A stretch of DNA of 64,000 nucleotides, from NCBI GenBank assembly GCA_038325595.1, contig JBBQJD010000003.1:2528-66527 (forward strand). Direction: 5' to 3'. The position numbers and the translations under genes are program-made. The DNA comes from Bacteroidales bacterium. Lineage in GTDB: Bacteria > Bacteroidota > Bacteroidia > Bacteroidales > VadinHA17. This document shows positions 20,216-28,514 of the stretch, one piece after another. The notes under the pieces are model-generated. The model did not search any database. It was given only the letters and a program-made list of their open reading frames with translations, and was not told where the DNA came from. How positions within the stretch are numbered: position 1 is the first letter of the stretch; every line of letters starts with the position of its first letter.

Positions 20216-22198
20216 TTACCTGGTCTTATTAAATGCTTCGAGCCCATCATCGAGCCATTTCTTATACTCTGAAACGTTCAGGTTTGTAGGGCTGGGCTTA
20301 ATCAATGGATTACCTTCATGGTCAGCAATTACATAAAGAGGCATGGCATTTGTCCTGAACTTCGATATCTCAAGGTCCTCATTAATTTTACCGATTGTCT
20401 TCTTCTGTTTGCCATCAATTGCAGAAACTATCCACTCACTTTCCGGAACCACGGTCCTGTCGTCGACATACAAAGCGATTATCACAAAATTTTCCTTTAA
20501 TCTTCGAAGTACTTCAGGATCAGACCATACCTTAGCTTCCATAAGCTTGCAATTGGCACATGCATGACCTTTAAAATCGATAAATACAGGCTTTCCCTGT
20601 TCTTTTGCACATGCAAGACCCTGCTTATACTCGTAATATGCATTAAGACCATAAGGCATATCAAAAATATCATCATATAATGGTGCTGAGCAGAGGACAC
20701 TCTTATTTTCCTGCTGAACCGCAGTACCTGAGAATGAAGTATTTTCTGAAATAATACGGGGAATATTGAGTTCGGTACCTGACTGGGATGGTAAAAAGGA
20801 TGCAATCCCTTTGAGAGGTGAACCGAAAAGGCCGGGAATGAGGTAAACAACAAATGAAAAAACAGCAATTATCAGGAATAACCTGAAAGTTCCAATAAAT
20901 GAAAGATCACTGTCGTGGCTGAATTTGATCTTGCCCATAAGATAAAGGCCAAGCAGCGAAAACAGTACAATCCAGATTGCAATGAACAAATCCCTTGACA
21001 GGATTCCCAGAGAATAAACACTATCGACAGTCATGAGGAATTTCATGCTGAATGCAAGCATAATAAATCCAAGCACCACCTTAATTGAATTCAGCCATCC
21101 CCCCGATTTGGGGATACGGTTCATAATTGATGGAAACAGGGCGAGTACGGTAAACGGCAATGCAAAAGCAAGTCCGAAACCAAGCATTCCGATTGTCGGT
21201 CGGAGAACATCGCCGCTGGCAGCTTCAACAAGCAGGGCGCCTACAATAGGACCAGTACATGAAAATGAGACAATGACAGTGGTCAGACCCATGAAAAATG
21301 AAGCCATAATCCCTCCCTTGTCAACCTTTGAGTCTGCACCGGTAACCCAGCTGTTAGGCAGGATTATTTCAAAAGCTCCAAAAAAGGATGTTGCAAATAC
21401 TACAAATAATATGAAAAAAAGTGTATTTGGTAACCAGTGGGTACTCACAGCGTTTGCGATTCCGGCCCCTGCACTTGTAAGCGAAACCAGAATGCCAAGG
21501 AATGAGTATATAAACACAATTGAGAGACCAAAAATAACAGCTTTAAATATTGATTTGCTCCTGTTATCCGAACCCTGTGAAAAAAACGCCACAGTCATTG
21601 GAATCATCGGAAATACGCATGGAGTAAGCACTCCGGCAAATCCGGCAAGCAATGAAATGAGGAAAAAAGCAAGAAGTCCTCTGCCAGTTCCTGAAGCTGT
21701 TAAATCAGAATCCTCACCGGACTCATTTACAGGCTTTGCAGAGCCATCCGAAATTTTTATCTCAAAATCAACATCTTTCGGAGGTGAACAGGTGACATTA
21801 TTGCAAGCCATATAATTTACCAGTCCTTTGACAGAAAAGGAAGGTTCATCTGCATTAATTTTCTGACGAAACTCTGCTTTTGTACTGAATGATTTTATTT
21901 TAAAACCGAATGCCTCATCAAAAAGCTCCTCAGGTTCCGTAACTTCATAGGGATCTCCCTCCAGCCTGAAGGAAGGTACTGTGTCAAATGATATTGATGT
22001 AGGTATCGGGCCGCCTTCCGGAATGGTCATTGAATAAATATGAGAATTCTCTTCGATGTTTGCCGTGAAGATCAGCTCATACTTTCCGTCGCCGGTTTTT
22101 TCATATCCGAAATCCCACGTAACAGGATCGTAAATCTGTCCCGATGCATTCAATACAAATATGAATACAGATATTAACAGTGTAAGTCTTTTAAACAT
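20216..22198 (-). CDS. dsbD: Thiol:disulfide interchange protein DsbD / cytochrome c biogenesis transmembrane protein
   Basis: 660 aa; signal peptide; central TM core with TPCVFPMIP and SCTGPIVG; C-terminal thioredoxin domain with CANC. Confidence 0.85.
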   Translation of the reverse strand: MFKRLTLLISVFIFVLNASGQIYDPVTWDFGYEKTGDGKYELIFTANIEENSHIYSMTIPEGGPIPTSISFDTVPSFRLEGDPYEVTEPEELFDEAFGFKIKSFSTKAEFRQKINADEPSFSVKGLVNYMACNNVTCSPPKDVDFEIKISDGSAKPVNESGEDSDLTASGTGRGLLAFFLISLLAGFAGVLTPCVFPMIPMTVAFFSQGSDNRSKSIFKAVIFGLSIVFIYSFLGILVSLTSAGAGIANAVSTHWLPNTLFFILFVVFATSFFGAFEIILPNSWVTGADSKVDKGGIMASFFMGLTTVIVSFSCTGPIVGALLVEAASGDVLRPTIGMLGFGLAFALPFTVLALFPSIMNRIPKSGGWLNSIKVVLGFIMLAFSMKFLMTVDSVYSLGILSRDLFIAIWIVLFSLLGLYLMGKIKFSHDSDLSFIGTFRLFLIIAVFSFVVYLIPGLFGSPLKGIASFLPSQSGTELNIPRIISENTSFSGTAVQQENKSVLCSAPLYDDIFDMPYGLNAYYEYKQGLACAKEQGKPVFIDFKGHACANCKLMEAKVWSDPEVLRRLKENFVIIALYVDDRTVVPESEWIVSAIDGKQKKTIGKINEDLEISKFRTNAMPLYVIADHEGNPLIKPSPTNLNVSEYKKWLDDGLEAFNKTR

Positions 22199-22219
22199 GC
22201 TGCTGGTTTATTTATCTGC

Positions 22220-22227
22220 AAAAGTAA
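22220..22227 (-). promoter_or_regulatory. Candidate -7 promoter box TACTTTTG
   Basis: Plus strand CAAAAGTA; 21 nt upstream of the dsbD ATG (22198). Confidence 0.45.
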
Positions 22228-22277
22228 TAAATCAATTGTTTTGTCCGACCGCTTCTTTTAGTTCACAACCGGAATAA

Positions 22278-23837
22278 TCAAACCAGGTCTATTTCATTAT
22301 CGAAATGATCGTAGAAATGAAATTCGAGCATATGATAGGATATTACAGCCTGTACCTTCAGCGTGATCTTATATTTGAAATTCCATTTCCGTTGAACCGA
22401 AATGAAGCCTTTCGTGAGATAGGATGCCACGAAAGGATGAACATTCAGAATGATTTTTTTTGTCTTAATTTTATCGACAATAAATGAGAGCTCTTTTTCG
22501 ATCTCATCCACGAAAAGTATTGTAGGTTTGATCTCGCCTGTTCCCTGGCAGGACGGACATTTTTCATTTGTCACTATATTCATTTCGGGCCTTACTCTCT
22601 GCCTGGTGATTTGCATCAGTCCGAATTTTGTAAGGGGAAGGATGTTATGCTTGGTCCTGTCATTTGCCATCATTTCCTTCATCTTATCAAAAAGCTGAAG
22701 CTTATTCTCAGTTGTCTGCATATCTATAAAGTCCACCACTATAATACCGCCCATATCCCTGAGCCTCAATTGTCGTGCTATCTCTGTGGCAGCTTCCATA
22801 TTTACCTCAAGGGCATTCGATTCCTGATTATTTCCCGATCGCGATCTGTTGCCACTGTTAACATCAATTACATGAAGTGCTTCAGTATGCTGGATAATGA
22901 GATATGCACCATGTTTAAATGAAACGGTCTTGCCAAAAAGAGCCTTGATTTGCTTATTGACGGCAAAATGATCAAATATCGGAAGTGTGCTTTTATAAAC
23001 TTTGACTATTTTTTCCTTTTCAGGAGCTATTTCCCTGATATACAGCCTGATATCATCAGCCAACGCCTGATCGTTAACATGTATGCTGTTGAACGTGACA
23101 TTGAGCATATCGCGAAGGATGGTGGAAGTCCTGTTCATTTCACCAATGAATAGCCTTGGTGTTTTTGTTTCCTTTTTAATCTGGGTGAAAGCCGATTCCC
23201 ATTTTTTTATCAGTTCCCTCAATTCAGCGTCAAGCACGGTAACTTTCTTGCCTTCAGCAACGGTCCTTATGATGACGCCGTAATTTTTAGGTTTTATGCT
23301 CTGAACAAGGGCTTTAAGCCTGCTTTTTTCTTCACCGCTTTCAATTTTGGATGAAACGGATACCTTATCTGAATAAGGCATCAATACAAGGTTTCTGCCT
23401 GCGAGGGAAATCTCTGAAGCCAGCCTCGGACCCTTTGTAGAAATTGGCTCTTTTGTTATCTGTACTATAACGGTCTGTCCTGTAGTAAGAACATCAGTAA
23501 TTTTACCGTCTTTATCTATCTCGGGTTCAGGCTTGAACTTGTGAACAGGACCAACTTTCCCTTGTTTCTGAATAGCCGAAAGATAAAATTTATGCTGTGT
23601 TCTGAACTGGGCTCCGAGATCAAGGTAGTGCAGAAATGCATCGCGTTCATAACCCACATTAATAAACGCAGCATTTAGTCCGGGCATTATCTTCTTCACC
23701 TTCCCCAGGTAAATGTCACCCACAGAAAACCTGACATTTCGCTTTTCCTTATTTAACTCTATTAACTGCTTGTCTTCCAACAAGGCTAATGCAACCTCGG
23801 AATCACCAACATCAATGATTAGATCCTTGTTTACCAC
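22278..23837 (-). CDS. rng: Rne/Rng-family ribonuclease (RNase G-like)
   Basis: 519 aa; N-terminal S1 domain (GDIYLGKVKKIMPGLNAAFINVG), VIDVNSG, GGIIVVDFIDM, C-terminal CPSCQGTG. Confidence 0.9.
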   Translation of the reverse strand: MVNKDLIIDVGDSEVALALLEDKQLIELNKEKRNVRFSVGDIYLGKVKKIMPGLNAAFINVGYERDAFLHYLDLGAQFRTQHKFYLSAIQKQGKVGPVHKFKPEPEIDKDGKITDVLTTGQTVIVQITKEPISTKGPRLASEISLAGRNLVLMPYSDKVSVSSKIESGEEKSRLKALVQSIKPKNYGVIIRTVAEGKKVTVLDAELRELIKKWESAFTQIKKETKTPRLFIGEMNRTSTILRDMLNVTFNSIHVNDQALADDIRLYIREIAPEKEKIVKVYKSTLPIFDHFAVNKQIKALFGKTVSFKHGAYLIIQHTEALHVIDVNSGNRSRSGNNQESNALEVNMEAATEIARQLRLRDMGGIIVVDFIDMQTTENKLQLFDKMKEMMANDRTKHNILPLTKFGLMQITRQRVRPEMNIVTNEKCPSCQGTGEIKPTILFVDEIEKELSFIVDKIKTKKIILNVHPFVASYLTKGFISVQRKWNFKYKITLKVQAVISYHMLEFHFYDHFDNEIDLV

Positions 23838-23892
23838 TTCATTAAATTAGTCTGGATTAAATGTCATCAGCAATACAACAAGCAGATAAAAT

Positions 23893-23922
23893 AAACCTAA
23901 AGACCATCAGATCTTTAGGTTT
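23893..23922 (-). terminator. Candidate intrinsic terminator after the bS22-like/HU pair
   Basis: Perfect 11-bp stem AAACCTAAAGA / TCTTTAGGTTT; on the minus strand followed by ATTTTATC. Confidence 0.5.
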
Positions 23923-23955
23923 AATATCTTCTTTTAATGACCAGTTGCTGATCTG

Positions 23956-24045
23956 CTACTTCTTCTTATGTCTGTTCTTCCTCAAACGCTTTTTGCGTTT
24001 GTGAGTGGCCATTTTATGTCTTTTTCTTTTTTTACCGCTTGGCAT
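23956..24045 (-). CDS. 29-aa Arg/Lys-rich peptide, bS22-like (AURKAIP1/COX24-type) small ribosomal protein candidate
   Basis: Below the ORF-track cutoff; hand translation MPSGKKRKRHKMATHKRKKRLRKNRHKKK*; starts 5 nt after the HU gene stop codon (24050-24052). Confidence 0.6.
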   Translation of the reverse strand: MPSGKKRKRHKMATHKRKKRLRKNRHKKK

Positions 24046-24049
24046 AGAG

Positions 24050-24337
24050 TTATTTCTTAACGTGTGATTTTACCTTGGTAATGAAAGTCTTTGCCGGCTT
24101 GAAAGCTGGTATATTGTGTGCAGGAATAATTATAGTTGTATTCTTCGAAATATTCCTGGCAGTTTTCTTAGCCCTTTTCTTAACAATGAAGCTTCCAAAA
24201 CCTCTGAGAAATACGTTATTACCCTTTATCATAGAGTCTTTAACTGTTTCCATTAAGGCTTCAACAGTTTTTTGTACTGTTACCTTTTCAATACCAGTGT
24301 TCTTGGCAATTTCATTAACAATGTCTGCTTTAGTCAT
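24050..24337 (-). CDS. hup: HU-family DNA-binding protein
   Basis: 95 aa; MTKADIVNEIA..., LRGFGSFIVKKRAKKTARNI..., PAHNIPAFKPAK arm motif. Confidence 0.9.
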   Translation of the reverse strand: MTKADIVNEIAKNTGIEKVTVQKTVEALMETVKDSMIKGNNVFLRGFGSFIVKKRAKKTARNISKNTTIIIPAHNIPAFKPAKTFITKVKSHVKK

Positions 24338-24360
24338 TTTACTTGAAGTTTAAAATTGGA

Positions 24361-24368
24361 CAAAATTA
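24361..24368 (-). promoter_or_regulatory. Candidate -7 promoter box TAATTTTG
   Basis: Plus strand CAAAATTA; 23 nt upstream of the HU ATG (24337). A second candidate TATATTTG lies at 24395-24402. Confidence 0.45.
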
Positions 24369-24634
24369 TTTTGAGTATGCGTTTTTTCAACTGTGCAAAT
24401 ATAGAAATATTATTTATTTAAAATGAAACTCTTAATTAATTATTTAATTTAAAAAAAATATATTAATGCCTTAAATACAATGAAATAGGTTAACGATACA
24501 AGATAGTAAATAGATTATCATAATGAAATAAAAATATTAAATATTTTAGTTAAAATGTTGACATGGTGAAATTTAAGTGATTTTTGTTCACTAAAGTTGT
24601 TAAGGGTGGTTTTTTTCTTAACTTTACATTCCTG

Positions 24635-24642
24635 TAATTTTG
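24635..24642 (+). promoter_or_regulatory. Candidate -7 promoter box TAATTTTG
   Basis: 22 nt upstream of the ssb ATG (24665). Confidence 0.45.
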
Positions 24643-24664
24643 TTTAAGATTAATACCTAACTAC

Positions 24665-25177
24665 ATGTCAGTCAATAAAGTTATACTCGTTGGTAATGTT
24701 GGAAAAGATCCTGTTATCAGATATTTTGACAAAGGTGTTGCAAAAGTAAATTTTCCGCTGGCAACGAGTGAAACTTACACCAATCAGCAAGGAGAAACCA
24801 TAACTTCAACCGAATGGCACAATATTGTTTTATGGCGTGCATTGGCAGAAGTAGCTGAAAAAACTGTCAGAAAAGGTTCCCAGGTTTATATAGTTGGTAA
24901 AATAAAAACCCGCTCATATGTTGATAAGGATGGTGTAAATAAATATATCACGGAAATTTTAGCAGATACCTTTCTTGTGCTTGAGAAAAAACAGGGTGCA
25001 ACCCAATATGCAAAAACCGTGGGCGAACAGGATAAAACTTCCTCTGGCTCAACAGCTGGCGAACCTTCTGGTGTTTACGAGTCCGGAAAAGATAATGCAG
25101 ATTTTGATGACTCCGGCATTGCCAACGCACAAAAAGGAACAGGTGATTCCCAAAATGAGGATGACCTTCCTTTTTAG
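24665..25177 (+). CDS. ssb: Single-stranded DNA-binding protein
   Basis: 170 aa; MSVNKVILVGNVGKDP, TEWHNIVLW, acidic tip DDLPF. Confidence 0.95.
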   Translation: MSVNKVILVGNVGKDPVIRYFDKGVAKVNFPLATSETYTNQQGETITSTEWHNIVLWRALAEVAEKTVRKGSQVYIVGKIKTRSYVDKDGVNKYITEILADTFLVLEKKQGATQYAKTVGEQDKTSSGSTAGEPSGVYESGKDNADFDDSGIANAQKGTGDSQNEDDLPF

Positions 25178-25204
25178 CTGTTTTTTTATTTAAATGTAAT
25201 TCAA

Positions 25205-26536
25205 TTGGAAGCGGATAATCCACTGACAAATCAGATATCGCTGGCAGGCTTAAGTATAAATATACCTGATCTACAAATTTATACAGGCATTATCGTGCTG
25301 ATCATCCTTCTTGCGGGATCTGCCCTTATCTCAGGATGCGAAGCTGCATTTATTTCTTTAAAATCGGAGGACATTGAAAAGCTGAAATCAGATAAAACAA
25401 AGAAATCAGAAACAGCACTGAAGCTCTATAATAATCCTCAAAGGCTTCTAAGTACGCTGCTTGTTGCAAACAACACTATCAACATAGCCATTGTCCTGCT
25501 TGCTTCATATATCAGTTACAGGTTATTCGGCTTTAGTTCAAAACCCATTTTAGTTTTCATTATCAATGCAGCCGCAATTACATTTCTGATTCTTTTTTTC
25601 GGAGAAATAATGCCCAGGGTTTATTCATCACGGAATCATTATGCAGCTGCCCTGTTCATGGCATTGCCGGTTTATATTCTCCAAAAAATTCTCAAACCTT
25701 TCACATCTTTATTGATATTTTCGTCATCATTTGGCAGAAAAAAAAATATATCTAACCCTAATCTAAGCATGGATGATCTTTCCAGTGCATTGGAAAGATC
25801 ATCTGACGATTTGAATGAGGATGAGAAAATACTTAAAGGCATAGTAAACTTCAGAAATATCAATGTAAGCGCCATCATGTGCCCCAGAATCGATGTAACA
25901 GCAATCGATATCAAACTTGGATTTGATAAAATAGTTCCTGTAATAATTGATTCAGGATTTTCAAGAATACCAGTATATTCCGGATCATTCGATACTGTGA
26001 AAGGAGTTCTTTATGCCAAGGATGTTCTTCCGTATACATCTTATCCTGCAACTTTTAAATGGCAGGCATTGATACGGCCACCATATTTTGTACCGGAAAC
26101 AAAAAGGATCAATGACCTCCTGAAGGAATTCCAGACCAAAAAAAATCATATGGCCGTTGTCATAGACGAGTATGGCGGAACGTCAGGAATAGTCACACTG
26201 GAAGATATTCTTGAAGAGATAGTTGGTGAAATAACCGATGAAAGTGATGAGGATGAAATATTATACCGGAAGCTTGATGATAATACCTATGTATTTGAAG
26301 GTAAGATTCTTTTGAATGATTTTTGCAAAATACTTCAGGTAGATGAAAATCTACTTGAAGATGTGAGGGGAGAATCTGAAACACTGGCAGGCCTTCTTCT
26401 TGAACTCACCGGTGAAATACCTCAGAAGGATCAGATAATAAAACACAGAAACTTTGTTTTCAGAATAGAGTCAGCAGACAGAAGAAGGATTAAGGAAATT
26501 CATGTTGATATAACCAGGAATGATGGCGATATTTAG
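25205..26536 (+). CDS. gldE: CNNM/CorC-HlyC-family membrane protein, GldE-like
   Basis: 443 aa; DUF21 TM domain, CBS pair, CorC_HlyC C-terminus (HMAVVIDEYGGTSGIVTLEDILEEIVGEI). Non-ATG (TTG) start in the track, so the start is uncertain. ssb-gldE-gldD order as remembered from Flavobacterium. Confidence 0.75.
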   Translation: MEADNPLTNQISLAGLSINIPDLQIYTGIIVLIILLAGSALISGCEAAFISLKSEDIEKLKSDKTKKSETALKLYNNPQRLLSTLLVANNTINIAIVLLASYISYRLFGFSSKPILVFIINAAAITFLILFFGEIMPRVYSSRNHYAAALFMALPVYILQKILKPFTSLLIFSSSFGRKKNISNPNLSMDDLSSALERSSDDLNEDEKILKGIVNFRNINVSAIMCPRIDVTAIDIKLGFDKIVPVIIDSGFSRIPVYSGSFDTVKGVLYAKDVLPYTSYPATFKWQALIRPPYFVPETKRINDLLKEFQTKKNHMAVVIDEYGGTSGIVTLEDILEEIVGEITDESDEDEILYRKLDDNTYVFEGKILLNDFCKILQVDENLLEDVRGESETLAGLLLELTGEIPQKDQIIKHRNFVFRIESADRRRIKEIHVDITRNDGDI

Positions 26537-27128
26537 AAAGGAAAACTTTTTAATATTAATTGTATTCTCATCCATCCTGTTAAGTTGCAGGGAAACAATA
26601 GTCCCAAAGCCTGAAGGTTTTTTCAGGATAGATCTTCCGGAAAAGGAATATGTGATTTTTAATGATGAGAGGGAAACCAGGGAAAAGATGCCTTTTTCAT
26701 TCGAGTATCCGGAATATGGCCGGCTGTCATTTCAGGATGATAAATCTGAAGAACCGGGTTGGTTCAATATTGAATTCCCCGGATACAAGGCAAAAATTTA
26801 TCTGACCTACAAAAAAATAAACAACGATTTCGATGAATTGATGGAACAAACATATAAAATGAATGTTAAAAACCATATAACCAAGGCCGATGCAATCAAT
26901 GAACAGCAGTTCAACAACAAAGAAAAAAAGGTTTATGGCATTTTATATGACCTTAAAGGCAACACTGCATCAGCAGTTCAGTTTTATATTACTGACAGCA
27001 TAAAACATTATCTTAGAGGGTCATTATATTTCTCTGCTGAACCAAATGCAGATTCACTTGCACCGGTAATCAATTTTTTCAGGGAAGATATAACTCATAT
27101 GATTGAAACCATGAATTGGAAATACTGA
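26520..27128 (+). CDS. gldD: Lipoprotein, GldD-like (gliding motility-associated)
   Basis: 202 aa; lipobox ILLSC; overlaps the gldE-like gene by 17 nt. The GldD call rests mainly on size and synteny, not on recognised motifs. Confidence 0.5.
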   Translation: MMAIFRKENFLILIVFSSILLSCRETIVPKPEGFFRIDLPEKEYVIFNDERETREKMPFSFEYPEYGRLSFQDDKSEEPGWFNIEFPGYKAKIYLTYKKINNDFDELMEQTYKMNVKNHITKADAINEQQFNNKEKKVYGILYDLKGNTASAVQFYITDSIKHYLRGSLYFSAEPNADSLAPVINFFREDITHMIETMNWKY

Positions 27129-27144
27129 ATTTACTTCTCTTGTA

Positions 27145-27792
27145 ATGGGCTGTATAACAAAACATTATCTAAACGAATTCTCAATACTCGGGGTGTGGAA
27201 GATTGAAGAGGATCTCCAGGTGCTCCTTGATTTTGTTCAGCTGGACCTTGAAGAGAAGAAGAAATACGATAGTTTCATGAGCATGTCACGTAAACTTGAA
27301 TTTCTGAGTGTAAGGGCATTGCTGGCTGAATTACTGGGAAAAGATGCAAGAATTGTCTACAACAAAAATAATAAACCCTTTCTTAAAGACGGATCCAGGT
27401 TTATAAGCATCTCACATTCACATAAGCTTACTGCCATTCTTCTCAGTACCAATGAAAAAGTCGGTATAGATCTTGAGTTTATGAGCTCCAATATCAGTAC
27501 ATTTTCATTCAAATTCATTAACAGAAAAGAAAAGATCACCAAAAATCATGACCTGCGGAAATATCATCTGTATATTCACTGGTGTGCGAAAGAGGCACTT
27601 TACAAGATTTGTGACAAAGAGGGTATCAGCGTGCGTAAGAACCTCACTATTGAACCATTCGATGTGCAGGAATCCGGGGAGATTAAGGGCTATGTTCGCA
27701 CAAAAAAAATAAATGAATCGTTTGATCTGTACTATTCCAAATATGACAACTATGCAATAGTATGGACTAAGAAAAACTATGAAAAAACCTAA
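27145..27792 (+). CDS. 4'-phosphopantetheinyl transferase superfamily protein
   Basis: 215 aa; FISISHSHK, VGIDLEF, WCAKEALYK motifs (Sfp-type signature). Confidence 0.75.
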   Translation: MGCITKHYLNEFSILGVWKIEEDLQVLLDFVQLDLEEKKKYDSFMSMSRKLEFLSVRALLAELLGKDARIVYNKNNKPFLKDGSRFISISHSHKLTAILLSTNEKVGIDLEFMSSNISTFSFKFINRKEKITKNHDLRKYHLYIHWCAKEALYKICDKEGISVRKNLTIEPFDVQESGEIKGYVRTKKINESFDLYYSKYDNYAIVWTKKNYEKT

Positions 27793-28507
27793 TTTTCCCG
27801 GACAGAAAAGCATTGCAGTACTTCTTGATCCCGACAAAGCTAAGGGAAACAAGCTTCGAACTTTACTTGATATTGCACAAAAAAGTCAGACAGACTTTGT
27901 TCTTGTCGGAGGAAGCCTTACTTTTAGTAGCGTCGATAATCTTATTGATGAAGTAAAAAGTCAATGCTCAATACCGGTTATTTTGTTTCCCGGCAACCTT
28001 CTTCAACTCACTCATAAAGCAGATACAATTTTACTTCTGTCAATGATCTCAGGCCGCAATCCTGAGCTGCTTATAGGCAACCATGTGATTGCGGCACCTT
28101 ACCTGAAGGATATAAAGGATAAACTAATCTCCGTCGGATATATATTGATTAACTCCGGAATGAAAACCTCTGTTGAATACATAAGCCAGACAGAAGCAAT
28201 TCCTTCAGATAAACCTGAAATTACAGTTGCAACAGCACTTGCCGGAGAGATGCTTGGCTTAAATATGATTTATCTGGAAGCGGGCAGCGGGGCCTCAATA
28301 CCTGTGCCTTTGAACATTGTTAAAGCTGTAAGGGAGAATGTTTCAGTCCCTTTGGCTGTTGGGGGTGGTATAAAGAATAAGGATGAAGTAGAGGCTTTCT
28401 TTAAAGCCGGAGCCAACCTGGTTATCCTTGGAAACGGTTGTGAGAAAAATCCTGAGCTGCTTAAAGATGCCTGTTCAATCAGGGACAAATTCAGAAAAAA
28501 TATTTAG
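27779..28507 (+). CDS. Geranylgeranylglyceryl / heptaprenylglyceryl phosphate synthase family protein (PcrB/GGGPS)
   Basis: 242 aa; LVGGSL, ISGRNPELLIG, IYLEAGSGA, AVGGGIK motifs of the GGGPS TIM barrel; 14-nt overlap with the PPTase gene. Confidence 0.8.
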   Translation: MKKPNFPGQKSIAVLLDPDKAKGNKLRTLLDIAQKSQTDFVLVGGSLTFSSVDNLIDEVKSQCSIPVILFPGNLLQLTHKADTILLLSMISGRNPELLIGNHVIAAPYLKDIKDKLISVGYILINSGMKTSVEYISQTEAIPSDKPEITVATALAGEMLGLNMIYLEAGSGASIPVPLNIVKAVRENVSVPLAVGGGIKNKDEVEAFFKAGANLVILGNGCEKNPELLKDACSIRDKFRKNI

Positions 28508-28514
28508 GATCACA

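Noticed and set aside
21033-21815. 260-aa plus-strand ORF
   Set aside because: Entirely antisense to the well-supported dsbD CDS. Its low-complexity, Pro/Ser/Ala/Thr-biased translation is typical of a shadow ORF, and no motif was recognised.
24338-24664. 327-bp very AT-rich HU-ssb intergenic region as a possible ncRNA locus or origin-like element
   Set aside because: It contains plausible divergent promoters for both genes. I found no DnaA-box (TTATCCACA-like) clusters, no terminator-bounded unit and no repeats, so it is most simply a divergent promoter region.
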